Source: Acidimicrobiia bacterium
GTDB lineage: Bacteria > Actinomycetota > Acidimicrobiia > Spongiisociales > ZC4RG35
DNA length: 64,000 nt
NCBI GenBank assembly: GCA_035762545.1
Contig: DASTOM010000005.1
Coordinates: 5,026 to 69,025, forward strand
Direction: 5' to 3'
A model generated the notes under the pieces. That model did not search any database and was not told the DNA's origin. It saw only the letters and a list, made by a program, of their open reading frames with translations. Made by a program: the position numbers and the translations under genes. This document shows, piece after piece, positions 18,267 through 26,640 of the stretch; the stretch's first letter is position 1; the number at the start of each line of letters is the position of its first letter.

Positions 18267-18997
18267 AGCGTGTCGTCCTGGTGATTGCCTGCGGGCTGGT
18301 CGCCGTCTCCTGTTCTGGTGGATCAGATCTCTCCGCGAGTGTCATCTCGACCCTCAACACGATCGGCACAGGCGAGCAGCGGATCCTCGTGGAGCTCCGC
18401 GACGGAGACGGCGTCCCCACCAACGTCACCGATGGCCCGGTCGCCACCCTTCGTGATGAGAACGGCTCACCTCTCGGCACCGACACCGGCGAGCTGGCCT
18501 GGCTTGTTCCTGACGAGGAGCCGGCGTACGCCTTCGTTTTCGACATTCCGGAGGCCGAGACGTATCAGTTGACTGTCGTGGCCGACGACTTCGGTGAGAC
18601 CGCGCCGGCCGGATTCGACGCGGTGGAGCGGACCGTGCAGCTCGGCGTGGGCGAGCTGGTTCCTGAGGTGGGTGGCCAGCCGGTTCCCGGGCCTGCGATC
18701 GTCGTCTTCGCCAGTCCTCGACACTGCCCGTCTCGTTCGTGTGTCCCGATGCTGGCACAGGCCCAAGCGGCCGCAGATGCCTCGCCGGAGGTTGGCCTGG
18801 TGGGTGTCGAAGTGTTCGCCAACCCCGACGCCGAGGACGAAGCCGATCTGGTGCTGTCCCCGGATGTGCAGGCATGGATGCTCCCCTCCCAACCCTGGCT
18901 CTATGTGATCGACGGTTCGGGAAGAGTGTCGGCTCTGTTCGAGGGTGCCGTGGCCGACGTCGAGCTCCAAGCCGCCATCGCGGAAGTGGAAGGTTGA
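18263..18997 (+). CDS. Thioredoxin-fold lipoprotein (TlpA/ResA- or SCO-like) with non-canonical CPSRSC motif
   Basis: TTG at 18263 overlaps the ctaB stop (TTGA). Lipobox 'LVAVSC'. C-terminal half carries 'VVFASPRHCPSRSCVP' and the redoxin-like 'WLYVIDGSGRV'. Confidence 0.5.
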   Translation: MKRVVLVIACGLVAVSCSGGSDLSASVISTLNTIGTGEQRILVELRDGDGVPTNVTDGPVATLRDENGSPLGTDTGELAWLVPDEEPAYAFVFDIPEAETYQLTVVADDFGETAPAGFDAVERTVQLGVGELVPEVGGQPVPGPAIVVFASPRHCPSRSCVPMLAQAQAAADASPEVGLVGVEVFANPDAEDEADLVLSPDVQAWMLPSQPWLYVIDGSGRVSALFEGAVADVELQAAIAEVEG

Positions 18998-19613
18998 GCG
19001 CGCACCTCGTCCTCCACACCCTGCGGGTCGGTGGCGCCTCATCTCCGGAGCGACTGGCCGAAACGACAGGGCTCCCGCTCGAGGACGTGACAGCTGCCCT
19101 GACCGATCTGCAAGCCCACGATCTGGCGTCACACGACGAGGGTCCGTTCGGCGGCTGGAGCATCACGGAGGAGGGTCGCGGTCAGCACCGGACCTGGATC
19201 GATGCCGAACTGGAGGGGCGGCCCTCGGCCCGAGCTGAGTTGGAGAGTTCGTACCGCCAGTTCCTCGGGCTGAACAAGCCAGTGCTGGACATCTGTGGCG
19301 AGTGGCAGATGCGACGGATCGGGGACAGTGTTGTGATCAACGACCACGCCGACGCCGAATACGACGCCTCTGTCCTCAACAGGCTGGTCAAAGTCGACCG
19401 CTCTGTCCGACAGGTCATCGACGACCTCACTGCGGCTCTGTCCCGGTTCGGCCGATACAACGAGAGATTGTCATCAGCGATGGAGAGGGCGCTGGCGGGG
19501 ACAAAGCGGCGGTCACCGAGAGTCTCGACTCATATCACGCCGTCTGGTTCCAACTCCACGAGGACCTGCTCGTGTCCCTGGACCTCTCCCGTCACGACGA
19601 GCGGTTCGGCTGA
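18994..19613 (+). pseudogene. Winged-helix DNA-binding protein gene, interrupted by an apparent 1-nt frameshift in a G4 run (or an assembly error)
   Basis: TTG at 18994 overlaps the upstream stop (TTGA). Frame 1 encodes '...LAETTGLPLEDVTAALTDL...SSAMERALAG' up to about 19500. A good C-terminal continuation '(G)DKAAVTESLDSYHAVWFQLHEDLLVSLDLSRHDERFG*' lies in the +1 frame and ends at 19613. Adding one G to GGGG at 19497-19500 fuses the two parts. Confidence 0.4.
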
Positions 19614-19672
19614 CATCAGGTCCCCATGCGCCGCGGCCCTCCATGTTGACTCCGATCCGGCCGTCGCCGAAC

Positions 19673-20296
19673 CTATGTGCCGCCCAACTCCAGTTGGAGA
19701 CGGAGCAACTCGATGGTGTCGTCGACTTTCTCCCCGATGATGGCGGCCCGCTGGTCCGTCGTGGACGCCTGCAGCACCTCCTGCATGTCCAGGGCCTGGA
19801 GCCCGCCGAGCTGTGCCACCTGGTACATGGCCACTTCGGGGTTGTCAGCCAGCTCAGGCAATTCGGTCTCGACACCCGGGTTCAACTCGGCTGCGACCTC
19901 GAGCAGGAACTGTGCCCGGGCTATCGCATGCTGCACCGCCTCGAAGCCCGTTCCGGTCAGAGGCTCGTCCACCAGGTCGGTGATCATGGCCCGCGGGTAC
20001 GGATCCGGCGCGAGCCACTCCTCGATGTATATCCGTGACCTCCCCACCGCGACGAGCCCGATCGTGCCGTCGTCGTTCATACCCGAGCCGACGATGTGGG
20101 CAATGCAGCCTATGTCGAACGTCTCGTTGTCGTCACGCACCTCACGACCCCGCTCTATCAGCACCACACCGAACTCGCGGTCGGCATCGATGACGTCGGC
20201 GTACATCTGGAGGTAGCGATCCTCGAACAGACGAAGCGGGAGAACCATGCCCGGCAGCAGGGGGGTGCCAAGTGGGAACATCGCCAACTCTCTCAT
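19673..20296 (-). CDS. LON N-terminal (substrate-binding) domain protein
   Basis: 'FPLGTPLLPGMVLPLRLFEDRYLQM' matches the Lon N-domain / PUA-like fold. 207 aa and stand-alone. Confidence 0.7.
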   Translation of the reverse strand: MRELAMFPLGTPLLPGMVLPLRLFEDRYLQMYADVIDADREFGVVLIERGREVRDDNETFDIGCIAHIVGSGMNDDGTIGLVAVGRSRIYIEEWLAPDPYPRAMITDLVDEPLTGTGFEAVQHAIARAQFLLEVAAELNPGVETELPELADNPEVAMYQVAQLGGLQALDMQEVLQASTTDQRAAIIGEKVDDTIELLRLQLELGGT

Positions 20297-20352
20297 GTGT
20301 GTAGTTCGCTGCGGTTGGCCATGACGGATGGGTGGGTATCACAGCTCATTGA

Positions 20353-21465
20353 ATGAAGTTGGTCGCTACTTCGCAACCTCCGTATGATGCCGTCCCGATG
20401 GCTCCGATCCGCCGACGACTGATCCAAATCGCCGCGCTCGTCGGCTCGGCCTTCCTCATCAGCGCATGTTCGGTCCTCGAAGGAGGGGAGGACCAGCCAC
20501 TCACGACCTTCGAGCCGGCAGGGCCTTTCGCCGAGCAGATCGATGGTCTCTTCTGGCTTGTGTTCTGGATCGCCACTGGGGTGTTCGTCCTGGTGATGGG
20601 TGGTCTCGTCCTGATCCTGTTCGTGTTTCGCGATCGCAGGAAAGACGACCAGAGCGAGCCGAAGCAGCTCCACGGCAGTCCCAAGCTCGAGGTCCTCTGG
20701 ACTGTCATCCCCGCCTTGATCCTCGCCGGGATCGCGGTGCCAACCGTCTCGTCGATCTTCGACCTGACCGAATGCAGTTCGGACGCCATGGAGGTGGAGA
20801 TCATCGGCCATCAGTGGTGGTTCGAGTTCTACTACCCCGAACAGGACGTCACCACCGCCAACATCATGGTCATCCCGGTCGACCGGGAGGTCTGCGCCTT
20901 GATGACCTCTGACGACGTACTCCACAACTTCTGGGTGCCCGCCCTCAACGGCAAGCGGTACCTCGTGCCCGGCCAGACCACGTCGCTCCGTCTCCAATCC
21001 GACGAGGTGGCCGAGTTCTGGGGCCATTGCGCCGAGTTCTGCGGTCTGTCTCACTCTCTGATGCGGACCCGGGTCCAGGCAGTGAGTCAGGCGGACTTCG
21101 ATCAGTGGGTCGTGGATCAGCAGGCACCGGCCATGACGCCGGTCGAGGGTGAACCAGGATTCGAGGGCTGGACCGTCTTCCAGAACAAGGGGTGCATCCG
21201 CTGTCACACGGTGCGGTTCGAGGACGAGGAGCTGTCGAACATCATTCCGTTCGAGCAGTTCCACGGGCCCGACCTGACGCATTTCGCCTCCCGGGATCAC
21301 TTCGCCGGTGCCGTGCTCCCCGAAGAGGGCGAGACTCACGACGAGGCACTCAAGCGCTGGCTCGCAGACCCACCCGAGGTCAAGCCGGGCAGCTTCATGC
21401 CCAACCTCGCTCTGACCGAGCAAGAGATCGACGCGCTTATCGTCTGGCTGGACAGCAACCAATGA
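20353..21465 (+). CDS. ctaC: Cytochrome c oxidase subunit II with fused C-terminal cytochrome c domain (caa3-type)
   Basis: CuA site 'HNFWVPAL...HCAEFCGLSHSLM'. C-terminal heme-c motif 'CIRCH'. Lipoprotein-like signal 'FLISACS'. An alternative start is 20398. Confidence 0.85.
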   Translation: MKLVATSQPPYDAVPMAPIRRRLIQIAALVGSAFLISACSVLEGGEDQPLTTFEPAGPFAEQIDGLFWLVFWIATGVFVLVMGGLVLILFVFRDRRKDDQSEPKQLHGSPKLEVLWTVIPALILAGIAVPTVSSIFDLTECSSDAMEVEIIGHQWWFEFYYPEQDVTTANIMVIPVDREVCALMTSDDVLHNFWVPALNGKRYLVPGQTTSLRLQSDEVAEFWGHCAEFCGLSHSLMRTRVQAVSQADFDQWVVDQQAPAMTPVEGEPGFEGWTVFQNKGCIRCHTVRFEDEELSNIIPFEQFHGPDLTHFASRDHFAGAVLPEEGETHDEALKRWLADPPEVKPGSFMPNLALTEQEIDALIVWLDSNQ

Positions 21466-23525
21466 CAGCAACTGCCGCCCGGCCCAACACCACGATCTTC
21501 CGGCGTCCCAAGTCGACGACCGGTATCTGGGGATGGATCACCACCGTCGATCACAAGAAGATCGGCATCATGTACGGCTACGCCGCCTTCACGTTCTTCA
21601 TCATCGGTGGCGTAGAGGCATTGCTCCTCCGGATCCAGTTGGCGTCGGCCAACTCCGAGTTCCTCACCGCCGGCGCGTACAACGCCCTGTTCACGATGCA
21701 CGGGACGACGATGATCTTCCTCTTCGTCATGCCGGTGTCGGCGGCGTTCATGAACTACATGCTGCCGTTGATGATCGGCGCCCGGGATGTGGCGTTCCCC
21801 CGGCTGAACGCACTCTCGTGGTGGATCTTCTTCTTCGGCGGGATCTTCCTGTACAGCACGTTCATCTTCGGCACGTCGGTTCCCCCGGTCGCACCGGACG
21901 GGGTCAACTTCGGCAACCTGGCCGCCGGCGGTGGGCCGGGGTCGTTCAACTTCTTGGCCAGCTCACCTGATGGGGGGTGGTTCGGGTATCAACCCAATGC
22001 CGGGCCGCTCTACTCGCCCGGCACCGCCATGGACTACTGGGCCCTCGGTCTTCAGATCCTCGGTCTGGCGTCATTGGTCTCTTCGGTCAACTTCATCGTC
22101 ACGGTGTTCAACATGCGGGCGAAGGGGATGCGTCTCCTCCGCATGCCGGTGTTCGCCTGGATGTCGACGGTTGTGGCCTTCCTGCTCCTGTTCTCGCTGC
22201 CGATCATCGCCGTGGCCCTGTTCATGGTCACCTTCGACAGACAATTCGGGACCCTCTTCTTCGCCCCGACGGGTGGTGGGGACCCGATCCTGTGGCAGCA
22301 CCTGTTCTGGCTGTTCGGTCATCCCGAGGTCTACATCCTGATCCTGCCCGCCATGGGCATCGTCTCCGAGATCCTGCCCGTGTTCAGTCGCAAGCCCCTC
22401 TTCGGCTACTCCGCCGTCGTGTTCGCCGGCGCCGCCATCGCCTTCCTCGGCTTCGGTGTCTGGGCCCACCACATGTTCGCCTCCGGTATCACCCCGGTGG
22501 CGCAAGCGGCGTTCGGTCTCGCCACTATGACCATCGCCATCCCCACCGGGATCAAGATCTTCAACTGGATGGGGACGATGTGGGGTGGGCGCTTGCGATT
22601 TTCCACGCCGATGCTGTTCGCCGTCGGCTTCCTCGCGATGTTCACGATCGGTGGTCTATCCGGCGTCACCCATTCGGTCGTGCCCTCCGATTGGCAGCAG
22701 ACCGACACCTATTACATCGTCGCCCACTTCCACTACGTGCTGTTCGGCGGGGCGGTGTTCGGGATCTTCGGCGGTCTCTACTACTGGTTCCCCAAGCTGA
22801 CCGGGCGTGTCATGAACGAGAGGCTGGGCAAGACCCACTTCTGGCTCCAGTTCATCGGATTCAACCTGACGTTCGCTCCGATGCACTGGCTGGGCTTGCA
22901 GGGAATGGTCCGCCGCACCTGGAAGTACGCACCCGAGGCGGGGCTGCAGACCTGGAACGTGGCAGTCACCGTCGGTGCTTTCGTGATCGCCCTGTCCATC
23001 CTGATCTTCATGATCAACTGGTGGCGGAGCCGTCGATACGGCGAGCCGTCCGGTCTCGACCCGTGGGATGCCCGAACCGTCGAATGGACGATTCCGAATC
23101 CCACCCCCGAGTACAACTTCGCCACCCCACCGGTGGTCACGAGTCTCGACCACTTCTGGCATCTCAAGTACACCGAGGACGAGAACGGTCGCGCCGTCCG
23201 TCGGCCCGAAGCCGAAGAGCTGGTTGCCTACCTAGAAGACGACGGGCTCAACCCGAAGAGCCCGATCCACCTGCCGGCGCCGTCCTACTTCCCGTTCTTC
23301 ATGGCCCTCGGCATCCCGCTCATCTTCTACGGGATCATCTACCACACCACCGCCTGGGGTAAGGCGTTGATCGCCATCGGCGTCGTGATCAGCCTCAGCT
23401 CCGTGATCGGTTGGGGCATCGAGCCTCTGGAAGAGTTGGACGACCACGACGAGGATCATGCCGGGTTCGAGGACGACATGGACCTGGACGAGGAGCTCGA
23501 GCTGGTGGAGGTCGACGATGAGTGA
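21462..23525 (+). CDS. ctaD: Cytochrome c oxidase subunit I with about 110-aa C-terminal extension (2 TM helices plus acidic tail)
   Basis: ATG 21462 overlaps the ctaC stop (ATGA). Canonical subunit I helices with the His ligands ('WFFGHPEVYILILP', 'HHMF'). Extra 2-TM segment 'PSYFPFFMALGIPLIFYGIIY...WGKALIAIGVVISLSSVIGWGI', then 'EELDDHDEDHAGFEDDMDLDEELELVEVDDE'. Confidence 0.9.
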   Translation: MTATAARPNTTIFRRPKSTTGIWGWITTVDHKKIGIMYGYAAFTFFIIGGVEALLLRIQLASANSEFLTAGAYNALFTMHGTTMIFLFVMPVSAAFMNYMLPLMIGARDVAFPRLNALSWWIFFFGGIFLYSTFIFGTSVPPVAPDGVNFGNLAAGGGPGSFNFLASSPDGGWFGYQPNAGPLYSPGTAMDYWALGLQILGLASLVSSVNFIVTVFNMRAKGMRLLRMPVFAWMSTVVAFLLLFSLPIIAVALFMVTFDRQFGTLFFAPTGGGDPILWQHLFWLFGHPEVYILILPAMGIVSEILPVFSRKPLFGYSAVVFAGAAIAFLGFGVWAHHMFASGITPVAQAAFGLATMTIAIPTGIKIFNWMGTMWGGRLRFSTPMLFAVGFLAMFTIGGLSGVTHSVVPSDWQQTDTYYIVAHFHYVLFGGAVFGIFGGLYYWFPKLTGRVMNERLGKTHFWLQFIGFNLTFAPMHWLGLQGMVRRTWKYAPEAGLQTWNVAVTVGAFVIALSILIFMINWWRSRRYGEPSGLDPWDARTVEWTIPNPTPEYNFATPPVVTSLDHFWHLKYTEDENGRAVRRPEAEELVAYLEDDGLNPKSPIHLPAPSYFPFFMALGIPLIFYGIIYHTTAWGKALIAIGVVISLSSVIGWGIEPLEELDDHDEDHAGFEDDMDLDEELELVEVDDE

Positions 23526-24171
23526 GCTGGCTCACGACGCATCGTCGGCTGGAGCCGAAGAGGTCGCTGTGGCGGACCACCACGACGAGCACGAGTCGAC
23601 CGGGATCGACAACCGCAAGCTGGGGATGTGGGTCTTCCTCAGCTCGGAGTTCCTCTTCTTCGGCGCACTCATAACCAACTACCTCCTCTACTCGAACCGC
23701 CCGGGGTTCGCCGGCATCTATCCGGCCGAGATCTACGACATCCCATTCACCTCCGTCAGCTCGTTCGTCCTCCTGATGTCGTCGCTGACGATGGTGCTGG
23801 CTCACAACGCTTTGAGCCGCGGGGACCAGAACGGAAGCCGTACCTGGCTGTTCGCCACGGCCGCGCTCGGTGCGGTGTTCCTGGGGGGACAGGTCTTCGA
23901 GTTCACCGAGTTCATCGTCGAGTACGGGATGACACTGTCCACGAACCCCGCAGCATCGGCGTTCTACGTGCTCACCGGGTTCCATGGCACCCACGTCGCC
24001 ATCGGGGTGATCATGCTGCTCTCGCTCTGGGGCATATCACGACGTCAGGGTGGGCTCAGCGAGAAGCACGGCATGAACCTGGAACTGGTCGGGCTCTACT
24101 GGCACTTCGTCGACATAATCTGGATCGTCATCTTCACCGTCGTCTACCTGTTGTCGGTTCCGATCCAATGA
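23518..24171 (+). CDS. ctaE: Cytochrome c oxidase subunit III
   Basis: 'FLSSEFLFFGALITNY' ... 'FYVLTGFHGTHVAIGV' ... 'LYWHFVDIIWIVIF'. The ATG overlaps the ctaD 3' end by 8 nt. Confidence 0.85.
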   Translation: MSELAHDASSAGAEEVAVADHHDEHESTGIDNRKLGMWVFLSSEFLFFGALITNYLLYSNRPGFAGIYPAEIYDIPFTSVSSFVLLMSSLTMVLAHNALSRGDQNGSRTWLFATAALGAVFLGGQVFEFTEFIVEYGMTLSTNPAASAFYVLTGFHGTHVAIGVIMLLSLWGISRRQGGLSEKHGMNLELVGLYWHFVDIIWIVIFTVVYLLSVPIQ

Positions 24172-24479
24172 GCACAGAGTCACACGATCACCATCCCACC
24201 CCGGCCCAGTACTGGAAGATCGCAGCATTCCTGGCGGTGCTCACCGCCATCGAGGTATCGCTGTTCTACATCGACCATGCCCTGGAGCTCGGCGTCTTCA
24301 ACTCAGTCGCCCTGATCTCCCTTTCCGCCATCAAGTTCGTGGTGGTCGTCGGGTGGTTCATGCACGTCCGTTTCGAGAGACCCTTGATCAGTCGCTTCTT
24401 CACCGCAGGCTTCATCCTCGCCTGCGCCCTCTACCTGGTGGTCCTCTCCGCCTTGGGCGTCGTCGCCATCAGGGGTTAG
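24168..24479 (+). CDS. ctaF: Cytochrome c oxidase subunit IV (prokaryotic CtaF/CoxD type, 3 TM)
   Basis: 103 aa with 3 TM helices. ATGA overlap with ctaE. Position and size are typical of a Bacillus/Thermus-type caa3 subunit IV. Confidence 0.6.
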   Translation: MSTESHDHHPTPAQYWKIAAFLAVLTAIEVSLFYIDHALELGVFNSVALISLSAIKFVVVVGWFMHVRFERPLISRFFTAGFILACALYLVVLSALGVVAIRG

Positions 24480-24487
24480 TCACCGAA

Positions 24488-24580
24488 CACGAACCCGGGG
24501 TACGTCAGCCCATATACGGGACAATTCCGCTCATCTTGAGACCGGGACTCGCTTCGCCATATCGGGCCACCCTGGTACAA
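24488..24580. repeat. Palindromic intergenic repeat element, copy B (left arm intact, right arm degenerate)
   Basis: 'CGAACCCGGGGTACGTCAGCCCATATACGGGACAATTCCGCTCATCTTGAGACCGGG' matches the reverse complement of copy A's right arm. The downstream half ('GCCATATCGGGCCACCCTGGTAC') is a degraded mirror. Confidence 0.55.
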
Positions 24581-24588
24581 ACACATCG

Positions 24589-25677
24589 ATGAGCCAGCCC
24601 CTCGAGCCCGGGCGGTTCTTCCTTCCCGGGCCTACCGAAGTCCACCCCGAAGTCCTCCAGGCACAGAACGGCCCGATGATCGGTCATCGCGGAAAAGCGA
24701 TCGTCGATCTGTTGTCCTCGATCGAGGAAGGACTGAAGCCCGTCTTCCAAACCGCCCGTCCGGTGATCGTCTCGGCGTCCTCGGCAACCGGCCTGATGGA
24801 GGCCGGCATCCGTAACGGTGTCCTCGACGGCAAGGTACTCAGTCTGATAACCGGAGCGTTCTCCAAGCGGTTCGCCGACATCGCGACCTCATGCGGTTTC
24901 GAAGTCGATCGTTGGGAAGTCGAATGGGGGACTGTCCACGACCCCGAGGAGGTCGCGGCCCGACTCGCCGGCGACAAATACGAAGCGGTGACCCTCTCAC
25001 AGTCGGAGACCTCGACCGGCTCTCTCCACGACCTGGAGGCGATGGCACGAGTCGTCAACGAGCATGAGGACACGCTCCTCCTCGTCGACTCCGTCACCGG
25101 GATCGGTGGGGTCGAGACGCTGACGGACGAGTGGGGGATCGACTACATCCTGACCGGCTCACAGAAGGCGCTCGCCCTGCCGCCTGGCCTGGCCTTCGCA
25201 GCGGCCAACGATGCCATCCTCGAACGCTCCGCGAAAGCACCGGCCAAGGGCTGGTACTTCGATCTGGCGATGCTCTACGAGGGGATCTCGGCGAATCAGA
25301 CTCCGGCGACACCCGCGGTGTCGCTGCTCTACGCCCTCGACCTGCAGCTGAAGAGGATCAATGCGGAGACGATCGAAGCCCGCTGGAAGCGTCACCTGGC
25401 CATGCAGCAGCGCACCTTCGACTGGGTCGATGAGATGAGGGAGAAAGGCATGGACGTGGCCATCTTCGCCCAGGAGGGGCATCGTTCCCCAACGGTGACG
25501 ACCATCAGCACCGACCGCTCGACCGAGATCGTGGCCAAGATGTTCGCTCGTGGATGGGTGATTGGGGGCGGCTACGGGAAGCTCAAGGACTCGACGATTC
25601 GCATCGGGCACATGGGGGACCACACAGTCGACGAGCTCGATGAGCTACTGGATGTCCTCGCCGACGTGATGACATGA
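24589..25677 (+). CDS. Class V aminotransferase (AGXT / archaeal-type phosphoserine aminotransferase family)
   Basis: Fold-type I class V architecture. PLP-Lys region 'YILTGSQKALALPPGLAF'. Immediately upstream of a phosphoglycerate-dehydrogenase-like gene. Confidence 0.75.
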   Translation: MSQPLEPGRFFLPGPTEVHPEVLQAQNGPMIGHRGKAIVDLLSSIEEGLKPVFQTARPVIVSASSATGLMEAGIRNGVLDGKVLSLITGAFSKRFADIATSCGFEVDRWEVEWGTVHDPEEVAARLAGDKYEAVTLSQSETSTGSLHDLEAMARVVNEHEDTLLLVDSVTGIGGVETLTDEWGIDYILTGSQKALALPPGLAFAAANDAILERSAKAPAKGWYFDLAMLYEGISANQTPATPAVSLLYALDLQLKRINAETIEARWKRHLAMQQRTFDWVDEMREKGMDVAIFAQEGHRSPTVTTISTDRSTEIVAKMFARGWVIGGGYGKLKDSTIRIGHMGDHTVDELDELLDVLADVMT

Positions 25678-26636
25678 CCCATCGGGTCCTCGTCACTGAC
25701 AAGGTCGAGCTGTCCGGGCTCTATCCCCTCGTCGACGACGACTCGTTCGAGATCGTCGAGATCGCAGATTCGTCGACCTCCGAGTTCGCCGAGGCGCTGC
25801 CCATCGCCGACGCGCTCGTCGTCAGGAGCGCAACGACCGTCACCGCCGAGATGTTGGGGGCCGCCTCGAACCTCAAGGCTGTGGGCAGGGCCGGAGTCGG
25901 AGTGGACAATGTCGACATCTCCGCCGCCAGCGACCGTGGCATCGCAGTCTTCAACGCTCCGGGTGGCAACACCATCGCCGCCGCCGAGCTCACGATGGCT
26001 CTGCTGATCGCGGTGGCCCGGAAGATCCCGGCTGCGGAGGCATCTGTGCGGTCCGGGCAATGGGAACGCGCCGCCTTCAAGGGCGTGGAGTTGCGTGGCA
26101 AGACACTCGGCCTCATCGGCGCTGGCAGGATCGGAGGAGAGGTGGCGATTCGTTGCCAGTCGTTTGGCATGAGCGTCATCGTCTACGACCCCTATCTCAC
26201 CGAGCAGCGTGCCGAGGAGCTGAACATCGAGCTGGTCCGGTTGGAGGACGTGCTCGATCAGGCGGACTTCATCTCGATACATGTGCCCCTCACGGATGAG
26301 ACCCGTGACATCGTAGGTAGAGAGGCCCTGGAGCGGATGAAGACGACAGCCTTTGTAGTCAATGCTTCCCGCGGAGGGGTCGTCGACGAGCCTGCCCTCG
26401 CGGCTGCGCTTCATGCCGGTGAGATCGCCGGTGCAGCACTCGACGTCTATGACACCGAACCGCTCCCGATCGACAGCCCGTTGCGGGATGCCCCGAATCT
26501 CGTCCTCACACCGCACCTCGGTGCCTCGACCGCCGAAGCCCAGGTTGGAGTGGCGACTGAGGTGGCGGAGAAGATCAAGACGCTCCTGCTGACCGGTGAC
26601 GGTTCGGCCGCGATAAACGCGGGAGCCCTCGGCTGA
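25674..26636 (+). CDS. D-3-phosphoglycerate dehydrogenase / D-isomer-specific 2-hydroxyacid dehydrogenase (short form, no ACT domain)
   Basis: NAD-binding 'GLIGAGRIGGEVA' and the catalytic region 'NASRGGVVDEPALAAAL'. 320 aa. ATGA overlap with the upstream aminotransferase. Confidence 0.8.
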   Translation: MTHRVLVTDKVELSGLYPLVDDDSFEIVEIADSSTSEFAEALPIADALVVRSATTVTAEMLGAASNLKAVGRAGVGVDNVDISAASDRGIAVFNAPGGNTIAAAELTMALLIAVARKIPAAEASVRSGQWERAAFKGVELRGKTLGLIGAGRIGGEVAIRCQSFGMSVIVYDPYLTEQRAEELNIELVRLEDVLDQADFISIHVPLTDETRDIVGREALERMKTTAFVVNASRGGVVDEPALAAALHAGEIAGAALDVYDTEPLPIDSPLRDAPNLVLTPHLGASTAEAQVGVATEVAEKIKTLLLTGDGSAAINAGALG

Positions 26637-26640
26637 GCCT

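Noticed and set aside
17318-18997. 559-aa ORF spanning ctaB and the downstream lipoprotein
   Set aside because: Its first about 315 codons are an Arg/Pro/Gly-rich off-frame read through ctaB. Only the last about 244 codons, from TTG 18263, are credible.
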